Below are positions 32,062 through 43,194 of a stretch of 64,000 bases of DNA, piece by piece. Positions within the stretch are counted from its first letter, which is position 1. Each line of letters opens with the position of its first letter. The notes beneath the pieces were generated by a model. That model ran no database searches. It was not told the DNA's origin and saw only the letters and a list, made by a program, of their open reading frames with translations. Origin of the DNA: Blastocatellia bacterium. GTDB lineage: Bacteria; Acidobacteriota; Blastocatellia; RBC074. A program made the position numbers and the translations under genes. The DNA lies in assembly GCA_033763135.1 (NCBI GenBank), contig JANRKY010000294.1, positions 2,613-66,612 on the forward strand, written 5' to 3'.

Positions 32062-32327
32062 TGCTCGCGGGGCGGAGCCCCGGTTCAATGCCAAAAGAGC
32101 CCAAAGAGCCCAAAGAGACGGAACAGTCCAAGCTCGCGCTCGCCTTTTCGGTCGGGACGGTGATCACCTCGAACATCGTCGGCGGGATCATCGCTGGCTA
32201 TCTGCTGGATCGCTGGCTGGGCACCGATCCCTGGCTCGTAGTGGCCGGCGTCGTCCTGGGGACGATCGGCGCGTTCCTCTCGCTCTATCGGATCATGTCG
32301 CGGCTTTCAGGGCCGGAGAATAATTGA
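32061..32327 (+). CDS. AtpZ/AtpI-like small membrane protein
   Basis: SNIVGGIIAGYLLDRWLGTDPWLVVAGVVLGTIGAF matches the AtpZ/ATPase_gene1 pattern (GG..G..lD.wlgT.P). Its start overlaps the upstream stop (TAATG). Confidence 0.55.
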   Translation: MLAGRSPGSMPKEPKEPKETEQSKLALAFSVGTVITSNIVGGIIAGYLLDRWLGTDPWLVVAGVVLGTIGAFLSLYRIMSRLSGPENN

Positions 32328-32423
32328 TAGTTGATAATTGATAGTTGATAATTGATGGCTAATGGTTGGGGGCGAGCGTTATTGACCACAAATTATCAAT
32401 TATCAATTATCAACTATCAATTG
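32321..32423. repeat. Heptamer-word hairpin (TAATTGA/TAGTTGA)x5 with its complement (TTATCAA/CTATCAA)x4
   Basis: The left arm (32321-32358) contains the atpZ-like stop codon. The loop is 27 nt. The right arm (32386-32423) ends 1 nt before the ATG of the protease gene. Confidence 0.85.
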
Positions 32424-32424
32424 T

Positions 32425-35400
32425 ATGAGAATGCGAATCTTCCTCAGTTTTCTCCTGTTTTCCTTCCTGATTCTCTTTTTCACGGACAAGTCGGCGCGGG
32501 CAGTGCAGGTGGAGGGACGGGCGTCGTTTTCGGAGCCGGCGTTGTCGCCGGATCGAAAGGAGATCGCCTTCGTTTCGGGAGGCGACATCTGGACGGTGGG
32601 GGCGGAGGGAGGCGACGCGCGGTTGCTGGTGTCGCATCCGGCGAACGAGTCGCGGCCGCTCTATTCGCCGGACGGGAAGCGGCTGGCGTTCATTTCGGCG
32701 CGGACGGGCGGGGGAGACATCTATCTGCTGACGCTGGAGACGGGGGAGCTGCAGCGGCTGACGTTCGATGATGCGAACGATCAGTTGGATGGGTGGTCGC
32801 GGGACGGCCGGTGGATCTATTTCACGTCGTCGAGTCGGGACATCGCGGGGATGAACGATCTGTATCGCGTGGCGAGCGCGGGCGGGACGCCGATGCAGGT
32901 CAGCGCGGATCGATATGCGAGCGAGTACTGGGCGGCGCCGTCGCCCGACGGCGAGGCGGTCGCGTTCACGGCGCGGGGGCTGACGGCTTCGCAATGGTGG
33001 CGGAATGGGCGGAGCCACATCGATCAATGCGAGATCTGGTTGTTGAGCGGGAAGGGATATGAGCGCGTCACGGACGGCGGCGTCAAGGAGATGTGGCCGA
33101 TGTGGAGCGCGGACGGCCGCCAGCTCTATTTCGTCTCGGATCGGGGAAACACGCAGAATCTCTGGGTAAAGCCGCTGGGCGGCGCGGCAAAGCAGATCAC
33201 GAAGTTCAAGGACGGGCGGGTGCTGTGGCCGAACATCTCGTATGACGGCAAACAGATCGTTTTTGAGCGGGACTTTCGGATCTGGCGGCTCGACACCGGC
33301 AGCGGCAATGCGGCCGAGGTCGCGATCACGCGGCGGGGCGCTTCCGCCGGGCCGGCTGTGGAGCGGATGAGCGTTGGCGGGCAGGTGAGCGAACTGGCGC
33401 TCTCGCCCGATGGGAAGAAGGTGGCGGTCGTCGCGCGCGGCGAGGTCTTTGCGGCCTCGGCCAAGGACGGCGGCGACGCGGCGCGCGTGACGCGAACGCC
33501 CGCGGCCGAATCGCAGATCGTCTGGGCGCCCGACAGCCGGCGGCTTGCGTACGTCTCCGATCGCGAGGGCGCGTTCAACATCTATCTCTACGATTTCGGC
33601 GCGAACGCCGAGACCGCGTTGACGCGCAGCGTGGGCAGCAACTTTTCGCCGTCGTTCTCGCCGGACGGCAAGACGCTCACATTCATTCGAGACGGCGGAG
33701 AGCTGCGCGCGATCGATCTGGCGACGCGAGAGGAGCGCACGCTGGCGAGCGCCGATTTCGATCGGCCGCCGCTCGCGAACGCGCGGTCGGCCGTCTGGTC
33801 GGGCGACAGCAAGTGGGTGGCGTTTTTCGCGACCGGCGAACGCGCCTTCACGAACGTGCATGTACTGCCGGCCGCGGGCGGAGAGAGCCGCCCAGTCAGC
33901 TTTCTGGCCAATTCGTTCGCCGGCGCGCTCACCTGGAGCCCGGACGGACGCTTCATCCTCTTCACGACCTCCCAGCGGACCGAAGACGGGCAGCTCGCGC
34001 GCGTCGATCTGACGCCGCGCACGCCGCGCTTTCGCGAAGATCAGTTCCGCGACCTTTTCAAGGAACAGAATCCGCCGGCGCCGCCAGCCGCGCCGCCGAC
34101 GCCGTCCGCCCAGCCCATTGAGAAGCCAAAGGATGCGAAGGCCCCGGTCGAGATTGTCTTCGAGGGGATTCGCGAGCGGCTCAGCTTTCTGCCGACGGGG
34201 CTCAGCGTCAGTTCGCAGACGATCAGCCCGGACGGCAAGCAGTTGCTGATCCTGGCCCAGGCCGAGGGGCAGTTCAATCTCTACACGTGGTCGCTCGACG
34301 AACTGGCGCGCGAGCCGGCCGTGGCGCGGCAGCTCACCTCGACGCCGGGATTCAAGAACGGCGCGCAGTTTACGCCCGACAGCAAGGAGGTCTATTACCT
34401 CGAAAACGGGCGGATCAACATCACCAACATCGATACGCGCGCGACGCGGCCGCTGGCGATCAATGCCGAGATGGACGTCGATTTCGCGAAGGAGAAGATG
34501 GAGGTCTTTCATCAGGCCTGGTCCTATCTGCGCGATCATTTTTATGACGAGAATTTTCACGGCGTGAATTGGAACACGGTGCGCGCGACCTATGAGCGGC
34601 AGGCGGCGGGCGCGCGGACGCCGGACGAACTGCGCCGCGTGATCAATCTGATGGTCGGGGAGCTGAACGCCTCGCACCTTGGCATCTCGGGGGCGCCGGC
34701 GGCCGCGACTACGCTGCCGGTAGGGCGGCTGGGGCTGCGGTTCGATCGCGTCGAATACGAGACGAATGGGCGATTGCGCGTCACCGAGGTGATCGAGCTC
34801 GGCCCCGCGGCGATCGCCGGCACAATCAAGATCGGAGACTATCTGCACGCGGTGGACGGCGTGGAGCTGTCCACCGGCGCGAATCTCGATGAGCAGCTGG
34901 CCGGCAAGGTCGGCCGCCGCGTCGAACTCAAGCTCTCGGCCTCGGCCGACGGGACCGACGCGAAGGTCGTCGCCGTCAAGCCCGCGAGCCTCGGCACCGA
35001 AAAGGGCCTGCTCTATCGCCAGTGGGTCCGCGAGCGCCGCGCCTATGTCGAGAAGATCAGCGGCGGCCGGCTTGGCTATGTTCACATGCCCGATATGTCG
35101 GGGCAGTCGCTCTCGCAGCTCTATGCCGATCTCGACGCGCAGAATCACGCGCGCGATGGCGTCGTGGTCGACATCCGCAACAACAACGGCGGATTCGTCA
35201 ATGCCTACGCGATCGACGTCTTCGCTCGTCGCGGATATATGACGATGACCATCCGGGGAAAACGGTCCGCGCCGGCGCGGTCGGCGCTCGGGCAGCGCGC
35301 CCTGGAGCGTCCGACGATCCTCGTCGTCAATCAGCACTCGCTCTCCGACGCCGAGGACTTCACCGAAGGCTATCGCGCCCTCAAACTCGGCAAGGTCGTC

Positions 35401-35634
35401 GGCGAACCGACCGCCGGCTGGATCATCTACACGTGGGGAACGAGCCTGATCGACGGCTCCGCGTTCCGGCTTCCCCGGCAGAAGGTGCAGGACAGCACCG
35501 GGCAGGTGATGGAGCTGAATCCGCGCCCCGTCGATCTTCGCGTGCAACGCCCGATCGGCGAAAGCTACACGGGCGTCGACAGCCAGCTCGACGCCGCCGT
35601 GCGCGAACTGCTGAAACAGCTCGACGGGAAGTGA
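32425..35634 (+). CDS. Tricorn-protease-like S41 peptidase (TolB-like beta-propellers + PDZ + S41 domain)
   Basis: 1069 aa with a signal peptide. N-terminal repeats are PALSPDRKEIAFVSGGDIWTV and PLYSPDGKRLAFISARTGGGDIYLL. The C-terminal region has the S41 pattern (VDIRNNNGG; SDAEDF). Confidence 0.85.
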   Translation: MRMRIFLSFLLFSFLILFFTDKSARAVQVEGRASFSEPALSPDRKEIAFVSGGDIWTVGAEGGDARLLVSHPANESRPLYSPDGKRLAFISARTGGGDIYLLTLETGELQRLTFDDANDQLDGWSRDGRWIYFTSSSRDIAGMNDLYRVASAGGTPMQVSADRYASEYWAAPSPDGEAVAFTARGLTASQWWRNGRSHIDQCEIWLLSGKGYERVTDGGVKEMWPMWSADGRQLYFVSDRGNTQNLWVKPLGGAAKQITKFKDGRVLWPNISYDGKQIVFERDFRIWRLDTGSGNAAEVAITRRGASAGPAVERMSVGGQVSELALSPDGKKVAVVARGEVFAASAKDGGDAARVTRTPAAESQIVWAPDSRRLAYVSDREGAFNIYLYDFGANAETALTRSVGSNFSPSFSPDGKTLTFIRDGGELRAIDLATREERTLASADFDRPPLANARSAVWSGDSKWVAFFATGERAFTNVHVLPAAGGESRPVSFLANSFAGALTWSPDGRFILFTTSQRTEDGQLARVDLTPRTPRFREDQFRDLFKEQNPPAPPAAPPTPSAQPIEKPKDAKAPVEIVFEGIRERLSFLPTGLSVSSQTISPDGKQLLILAQAEGQFNLYTWSLDELAREPAVARQLTSTPGFKNGAQFTPDSKEVYYLENGRINITNIDTRATRPLAINAEMDVDFAKEKMEVFHQAWSYLRDHFYDENFHGVNWNTVRATYERQAAGARTPDELRRVINLMVGELNASHLGISGAPAAATTLPVGRLGLRFDRVEYETNGRLRVTEVIELGPAAIAGTIKIGDYLHAVDGVELSTGANLDEQLAGKVGRRVELKLSASADGTDAKVVAVKPASLGTEKGLLYRQWVRERRAYVEKISGGRLGYVHMPDMSGQSLSQLYADLDAQNHARDGVVVDIRNNNGGFVNAYAIDVFARRGYMTMTIRGKRSAPARSALGQRALERPTILVVNQHSLSDAEDFTEGYRALKLGKVVGEPTAGWIIYTWGTSLIDGSAFRLPRQKVQDSTGQVMELNPRPVDLRVQRPIGESYTGVDSQLDAAVRELLKQLDGK

Positions 35635-35693
35635 AGAATCGACGCGGCGAGGGAGCGACGCGGCGACGCGGCGAAGAGGTCTGACTGGTCATC

Positions 35694-38600
35694 ATGAATA
35701 AGCCGCTTCTATTATTGCTGCTTTTGCCCGTGGCCTTGATGTTGGGGGCGGGGAAGAGCGTGGGGCAGGCGCGGTTTCAACTGCGCGGAGAGCCCTTTTT
35801 CGCGCATTCGGCGGCCTTCTTCTACAACCGGCTTCCGCGCGAGGAGTGGGGGCCGTCGCTCGTGAAGTTGAAGGAGATGGGGATCAATACGATCGATCTC
35901 TACATCGCCTGGAACTGGCACGAGCCGGAGGAGGGGCGGCTCGATTTCGACGGGCGGACGAATCCGCGGCGGGACGTGAAGCGGCTGCTGCGGATGCTCG
36001 ACGAGATGGGCTTTGCGGTGATCGTTCGTCCGGGGCCGGTGATTCTCAACGAGTGGCGTAATGGCGGGTATCCGGACTGGCTGCTGGCGCGGCCGGAGTT
36101 CGGCATGGCGGCTGCTGCGCGGCTCGACGGCCACTATCCGCCGCTCTCGGGGCTCGGCGCGAGCAACAGCGAAGAGGCGAGCCGGCAGTGGCTGGCCAAC
36201 GAGACGCATCTGCGATACACGCGCAAGTGGTTCGGCGAGGTGATGCGCGAACTGTTGCGCGACCGGCAGGCGACGACGGGCGGCAACGTCATCGCCATTC
36301 AGCTCGACGACGACCAGGCGATCAACCGGGCGAACTACAACGGCCCGATCTTCTGGAACTACATGAACGCGCTCGCCGGCTATCTGCGCGAGGCGGGCGC
36401 GACCGTGCCGCTCTACATCAATCCGACCGACATGCGCGTCTCGGCCGCGGGCGCGCCGCACGGGATCGGCGCGATGGGGCAGTGGTACTTCAATTTCGGG
36501 AGCGATCCGGCGCTGCGCTGGGAAGATGCGGCCACGCTCCAGTTCTATACCGAGACGCTCAAGACGCAGCCCCACTTTCCGCCGATGATCATCGAGTATC
36601 AGGCGGGCTGGTACGGGACGGGCGACGACATTTACGCGAAGACGGCCGACGCGACCAACACGCTGCTCTCGTCGCGCGTGATGCTCGGGATCGGGTTGCA
36701 GGGGCTGAACTATTTTCCGGTGCAGGACACGCTCTACCCGGCGGGCTACGAGGTTCCCTGGGCGAATCACTATTACATCTGGGAGTCGGCGTTGACGCTC
36801 GATCGCAAGGAGCGTCCGCGGGCGGCGGCGGTGCATCGCAACGGGCGGCTGGTCGAGGCGTTCAGCCGGGAGCTGGCGAGCGCGCGCCGGGCGGCCGATC
36901 TGGGATTGATCTATCCGATCAGTTCCTACGAGCAGGCGACGCTGACGCGCGAAGAGATTCTGCGCCTCTCGCGCGCGCAGATGCAGGTGCAGCAGTACTG
37001 CCAGCTGCAGCAGGTCTCGGTCGAGTATCTCGATCTCGAATTCCAGCCGCTGGAGCATCTGCAGCGGCACAAGGCGCTGCTGCTGCCGCTGCCCGACGCG
37101 CGAACGGCGGCGCAGGGCAGGGAAGAGATCACGGCGGCCAATGAACCACCGGCCGCGCGTCGCGCCGAGGGCGCGCCGCAGGCGACCGGGCGGCGGCTGC
37201 GATTGTCGGAGGCGGCGCGGCGAAAGCTGGCCGAGTATGTGCGCGCGGGCGGGCGGTTGATCGTCACGCCGGGGCTGCCCGAGGCCGATTTTCTGCCGGA
37301 GGCGACAGGGAAGATGCTCGTGCTGCCCGATGCGTGGCGGGCGATTCCGATCGAGCCGGGCGCGGCGAAGCGCGACGAGGCGCTCGCAGGCGTCGCGCGG
37401 TCTTCAGAGGCGCTGGCGGCCGTGCTGCAGCAGGCGGGCATTGCCCGGCGGCTCGTTGTCACCGCAAGCTCGGAACCTGCCGGCCCGCCCCTCCGCGCGA
37501 TCGAGCCGCAGCTCTTCGCCTCGCTGCTCGTCGGCGAAGGCGGGAGCTTTCTCACCGCCGTCAACTTTCATTCGCAGCGACCGATGCGCGTCAAGGCGGC
37601 CGTGCCCGAGCTGAAGCTCGACCTGCCCGAGTTTTCGCTCCGCCCGCGCGACGCGATGCTGCTGCCGCTGCGCGTTCCGCTCGCGGCGCCAGGCGGCGAA
37701 GAGATCGTCTACGCGACGGCCGAACTGCAGCGCCGCGAACTCGCCAACGGCCGGATTCGGCTGCGCCTTCACGCGCCCGGCCCGGCCGAGGTCGTTCTCA
37801 AACTGCGCCACGCGCCCGAGGGAATCGTCACCATCGATCGCGCGCCGGCGAAGTTCGAATACACCGCTGCATCCGGTCTGCTCACGCTTCGTCTCGGCGC
37901 GCCCGCGAAGCCGGACGGCGAGCGCGAGATCGAGATCGTTTATGAAGCGCTCGCGCCGGCGCTCACGATCCAGCCGGCGCGGCTGATCCTCGGCGAGACG
38001 AACGCGGTCGTCGTCGAGGTGGCGAACCGCGCGGCCGCGCCGCTTCGCGGCCGGCTCGTTCTGACGGTCTCGCGCCTCTTTCGCCGAGAACGCTTCGAAC
38101 TCGCGGCCGCCGTCGGCCCGAAGCAGACGGCGCGATTTCGGTTCGAGGTCCCGATCGCGCCGGACGCCGTTGCGGAAGATCCTGTTGCGCTGACGGCCGC
38201 GCTCGCGACCGACAATGGACAGATCCACGCCGCGCTCGTTGCGACGGCCGAGCTTCAACCGCGCTTTGCGTGGCGCATCTTCGCGAACTCCTCGTGGCAG
38301 CTGCGCGCCGACACCGCGCAGGCCATCGAACCGCCGCTCATCTATCCATCGGACGCCGCGGCCACCCAGGCGCAGTTCAACATCCGCCTGACGAATCACA
38401 CCGGCGGCGAGATCACGCTCTCGCGGCGCTCGACGCTCGTCGATTCGCTCCCGCTCAAACTTGCGCCCGATGAGGAGTATCTCAGCACCTACACGTACGG
38501 CTTCGCTCCCGGCGGAAAATCGGCGCTCAACCCCTTCGCCGTGACGATCAGCGACGGTCTGCGAACCGAGGTCGCACGCGTCAACTTCGTCGCGCTGCGG

Positions 38601-39380
38601 AAGGGCGAAGCCGTCGCCTTCGCCTATGACATCGATCGCGACGGCTTCGAAGACATCGTGCTGGAGAACGATCATCTGCGGCTGATTCTCTCGCCCCGTG
38701 CGGGCGGACGAGCCTTCGCGCTGATCGACAAGCGCACGGGGGCGAACGCCTTCACGAGCGTCGGCGGGCTTCGCGACAGGTTCGTCGAACTCGATCCGGC
38801 CGATCCGACCCGCAACCCGCGCCGCAAGCGCGGCGCCTGGGGCACCTTCAACCGGCCCTATTCCGCGGAGATCATCGAGGGAATGGGCGCACGCGCCCAG
38901 GTGAAGCTGGCCTACGATGCGCCGGACGTCCACCCCGCCGGCGCGCGCATCGAGCGAACGATCACGCTCCACGCCGGCGACGATTTCTTCGTGACCGACT
39001 ACCGCGTTACGCCGAGCGCGGACACGGCGAACGGCAAACAGGCCTTCTGGGCGGCCTCCTCGATCCCGCTCGGCCCCGGGATGCGCTTTGCCGCCCCCGA
39101 GGGGGCCGTCGAGTTCGCTGCCGCCAAAACCCGCTCCCTCGACCCGCAGGCCGGCTGGCTCGCCGCGCAGCTCGCGCCCGATCGCCTTCTCGCCCTGCTC
39201 TGGCGACCCGCCGACGTTCAGACCGCCGAGCTTGAAATGAAGGACTTCTCCTCTCTGCTCAACGTGAAATTCGTCCCCTTTCCCGCCGCCGCCCCGCAAA
39301 CCTATCGGCTCGTGACGTACCTGGGACCCATGACGCCGCAGCAACTCGCCGCCGCCCGCGCCCGTCTGATCGAGAAATGA
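35694..39380 (+). CDS. GH35-type beta-galactosidase catalytic domain with a ~800-aa uncharacterised C-terminal extension
   Basis: Signal peptide. GINTIDLYIAWNWHEPEEGRLDFDGRTNPRRDVKRLLRMLDEMGFAVIVRPGPVILNEWRNGGYPDWL is the GH35 signature region. 1228 aa. Confidence 0.8.
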   Translation: MNKPLLLLLLLPVALMLGAGKSVGQARFQLRGEPFFAHSAAFFYNRLPREEWGPSLVKLKEMGINTIDLYIAWNWHEPEEGRLDFDGRTNPRRDVKRLLRMLDEMGFAVIVRPGPVILNEWRNGGYPDWLLARPEFGMAAAARLDGHYPPLSGLGASNSEEASRQWLANETHLRYTRKWFGEVMRELLRDRQATTGGNVIAIQLDDDQAINRANYNGPIFWNYMNALAGYLREAGATVPLYINPTDMRVSAAGAPHGIGAMGQWYFNFGSDPALRWEDAATLQFYTETLKTQPHFPPMIIEYQAGWYGTGDDIYAKTADATNTLLSSRVMLGIGLQGLNYFPVQDTLYPAGYEVPWANHYYIWESALTLDRKERPRAAAVHRNGRLVEAFSRELASARRAADLGLIYPISSYEQATLTREEILRLSRAQMQVQQYCQLQQVSVEYLDLEFQPLEHLQRHKALLLPLPDARTAAQGREEITAANEPPAARRAEGAPQATGRRLRLSEAARRKLAEYVRAGGRLIVTPGLPEADFLPEATGKMLVLPDAWRAIPIEPGAAKRDEALAGVARSSEALAAVLQQAGIARRLVVTASSEPAGPPLRAIEPQLFASLLVGEGGSFLTAVNFHSQRPMRVKAAVPELKLDLPEFSLRPRDAMLLPLRVPLAAPGGEEIVYATAELQRRELANGRIRLRLHAPGPAEVVLKLRHAPEGIVTIDRAPAKFEYTAASGLLTLRLGAPAKPDGEREIEIVYEALAPALTIQPARLILGETNAVVVEVANRAAAPLRGRLVLTVSRLFRRERFELAAAVGPKQTARFRFEVPIAPDAVAEDPVALTAALATDNGQIHAALVATAELQPRFAWRIFANSSWQLRADTAQAIEPPLIYPSDAAATQAQFNIRLTNHTGGEITLSRRSTLVDSLPLKLAPDEEYLSTYTYGFAPGGKSALNPFAVTISDGLRTEVARVNFVALRKGEAVAFAYDIDRDGFEDIVLENDHLRLILSPRAGGRAFALIDKRTGANAFTSVGGLRDRFVELDPADPTRNPRRKRGAWGTFNRPYSAEIIEGMGARAQVKLAYDAPDVHPAGARIERTITLHAGDDFFVTDYRVTPSADTANGKQAFWAASSIPLGPGMRFAAPEGAVEFAAAKTRSLDPQAGWLAAQLAPDRLLALLWRPADVQTAELEMKDFSSLLNVKFVPFPAAAPQTYRLVTYLGPMTPQQLAAARARLIEK

Positions 39381-39385
39381 CCGTC

Positions 39386-39455
39386 GCATGTAGTCCCGGC
39401 TTCAGCCGGAAGCATTCGCATGCGCATGCTTCCGGCTGAAGCCGGGACTACATGC
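39386..39455. repeat. Perfect 30-bp-arm palindrome between convergent genes
   Basis: GCATGTAGTCCCGGCTTCAGCCGGAAGCAT (39386-39415), a 10-nt spacer, then the exact reverse complement (39426-39455). Each arm has its own sub-hairpin CCGGC TTCA GCCGG. It starts 6 nt after the GH35 stop. Confidence 0.85.
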
Positions 39456-39485
39456 GGACGGGACTCCATGCGGCTCCGACGGGCG

Positions 39486-40934
<1,449 letters not shown>

Positions 40935-40941
40935 TCTCTCC

Positions 40942-43194
40942 TCAATTCACGTAGACAAACTCGTTCGCGTTGAAGAGCGCGTGGCAGAAATCCACCAGCG
41001 CAGCGGCCTCGGCCTGATCGCCTGTGATGGCAGGCACGGGCAGTGCGAGCGGCGCTCCGGCGCTCAGCCGTTCGCGGGCGAAGACGGCTTGTCGCTGGAT
41101 GAATGCGCGCGCCGCCTGCAATTGAGCCGCGGTCGGCGAACGGTGATAGGCCAGCTGATACGCGAGCGAGATTTGCTGATCGAGCTGGCCTGCCTGTTGC
41201 GCCAGACGCCCGGCAAACGCCTGGGCCGCGCGCAGCAGCGCCGGATCATTCAATAAATTCAACGCCTGCGGTGCGGTCGTGGTCACGCTGCGTCGCCCGC
41301 AGCTTTCGTGCGTATCGGGCATGTCGAATGCCTGAAACAGCGGGAAGCGCAGCTTGCGCTTTACGTAGACATAGATGCTGCGGCGGTTTTGCCGATCTTC
41401 GCTTTCATTGCGTTTCCAGCCCGTCAGTTCCGCCGGGATTTCAGGATAGACCGACGGCCCGTACATCTGCGGATTGAGCTTGCCGCTGACCTGCAAAACC
41501 GCGTCGCGCAACTCTTCGCCGGTCAGACGGCGACGGCGAAAATGCCAGAGCGAATGATTGCCGGGATCCGTCTGTGCAGCCTGCTCATTGAAGGTCGTCG
41601 CCTGCTGATATGCGCTGGAAAGCATCATCAGGCGGTGCATTTTCTTGAGACTCCAGCCCTGTTCGACAAACGTCGCGGCCAGCCAGTCGAGCAATTCCCG
41701 ATGTGTTTCGGGTTCGCGCTGCATGCCGAAATCATTGGGCGTGCCGACGATGCCGCGCCCGAAATGGTGCTGCCATAGCCGATTCACCATCACCCGCGCG
41801 ACCAGCGGATTTTTCGGGTCGGTCAGCCAGTTCGCCAATGCCGTGCGGCGCCCCGTGGTCGGCGCATTGTCGCAGGGCGGTATCGTCGCCGGACGCGGAT
41901 CGATCACCGACAGCACACCCGGCTGCACCTCCACGTCATAGCCGTTATAAACGCCTCCTTTCAGCAAATGGTGCGACGGCGCTTCGCGTCCGATGTCCGT
42001 GATGCCTGAACCGAGCGGCAGCGGCGCGGGCTTGATCGCGTCAAAGCCCGCCAGCTCCCTGCGCAGAGCGAGCCATCTTTCCTTCTCCGCTCCCTTCAGC
42101 CGCGCCTCGATGTTCTTGCCGTTCTCCCCGGGCGCGAACTGATATTGCCAGCGGGCCATGTGATAGAACGCCCATTGCAGCGGACTGCGTTTTGCGGGCG
42201 GCATCGTCAGAACTTCATCGATCTCTTCGGGATATTTTTCCAGTGCGTCCTCATCGAAATACTTCCACGCGGGCGCTTCGAGCGCGGCGATCTGTTCGCG
42301 AATCGCTTTGGTTTTCTCCTCCCAGACGGCCAGCTTCGCGGCGTATTCCGCCTGCTCCCTTTTCGAGGCCAGAACGAAATCGTCTTTCGTGCGCATCGCG
42401 GCAAAATAGGCCTGCAGTCTGTAATAATCCTTTTGCAGCACCGCATCGAATTTGTGATCGTGGCAGCGCGCGCAGCCGTATGTCGTGCCGAGAAAGACCG
42501 AACCCACCGTATCGGTGATGTCGTTCAGAATCTCCTGCCGCCGCTGCCGCAGATTGCGCGCATTCCATTCGTCGGGAAAATGTCGATTGAAACCCGTCGC
42601 CACCAGCGCGTCGGGATCGTCCGGCCACAGTTCATCGCCCGCGATCTGTTCTTTGACGAAGCGGTCATAAGGCTTGTCACTGTTGAAGGCGCGAATCACA
42701 TAGTCGCGGTAGCGCCAGATGTGCGGGCGCGCGTGATCGCCGTTGAATCCATCGGTTTCGGCATAGCGCGCCAGATCGAGCCAGTGTCGCGCCCATTTCT
42801 CGCCATAGCGCGGGCTCGCCAGCAGGCGGTCCACGACGCGCTCAAAGGCTTTCGACGTGCGGTCGTCGAGAAACGCCGCGATCTCTTCCGGCGTCGGCGG
42901 CAGACCCGTCAAATCGTAGGTTGCGCGCCGCAGCAGCGTCACCTTGTCGGCAGGCGCAGCAGGGGAGAGGCCGCTGGCTTCCAGCCTGGACAGAATGAAC
43001 GCATCTACCGGCGTCTTCACCCACTTCCGGTTTTTTACGGCCGGCGCCGCCGGTTTTTGCACGGGTTTGTAGGCCCAGTGGTTCAGCCGCTCCCTGTCAA
43101 ACGGCAAGTCCTCCGCCACCGCCAGAACGCTGCCCGCCAGCGCAAGAACAAGGAAAACAGCTTTCAGGCTAGGCGTATTGATCACGGTTTTCAT
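40942..43194 (-). CDS. DUF1549 (PSCyt2) / DUF1553 (PSD1) domain protein, Sec signal
   Basis: AAGGAG lies upstream of ATG 43194. Signal MKTVINTPSLKAVFLVLALAGSVLAVA. Also VDAFILSRLEASGLSPA, LLRRATYDLTGLPPTPEEI, GEKWARHWLDLARYAETDG and the CxxCH-like CARCHDHKFD. Confidence 0.88.
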   Translation of the reverse strand: MKTVINTPSLKAVFLVLALAGSVLAVAEDLPFDRERLNHWAYKPVQKPAAPAVKNRKWVKTPVDAFILSRLEASGLSPAAPADKVTLLRRATYDLTGLPPTPEEIAAFLDDRTSKAFERVVDRLLASPRYGEKWARHWLDLARYAETDGFNGDHARPHIWRYRDYVIRAFNSDKPYDRFVKEQIAGDELWPDDPDALVATGFNRHFPDEWNARNLRQRRQEILNDITDTVGSVFLGTTYGCARCHDHKFDAVLQKDYYRLQAYFAAMRTKDDFVLASKREQAEYAAKLAVWEEKTKAIREQIAALEAPAWKYFDEDALEKYPEEIDEVLTMPPAKRSPLQWAFYHMARWQYQFAPGENGKNIEARLKGAEKERWLALRRELAGFDAIKPAPLPLGSGITDIGREAPSHHLLKGGVYNGYDVEVQPGVLSVIDPRPATIPPCDNAPTTGRRTALANWLTDPKNPLVARVMVNRLWQHHFGRGIVGTPNDFGMQREPETHRELLDWLAATFVEQGWSLKKMHRLMMLSSAYQQATTFNEQAAQTDPGNHSLWHFRRRRLTGEELRDAVLQVSGKLNPQMYGPSVYPEIPAELTGWKRNESEDRQNRRSIYVYVKRKLRFPLFQAFDMPDTHESCGRRSVTTTAPQALNLLNDPALLRAAQAFAGRLAQQAGQLDQQISLAYQLAYHRSPTAAQLQAARAFIQRQAVFARERLSAGAPLALPVPAITGDQAEAAALVDFCHALFNANEFVYVN

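Noticed and set aside
32410-35547. 1045-aa ORF antisense to the tricorn-like protease
   Set aside because: Shadow ORF. It also starts inside the heptamer hairpin.
37404-39389. 661-aa ORF antisense to the GH35 gene (together with 35712..37070)
   Set aside because: Shadow ORFs with Arg/Gly/Glu-rich composition. The plus-strand frame carries the GH35 signature and a signal peptide.
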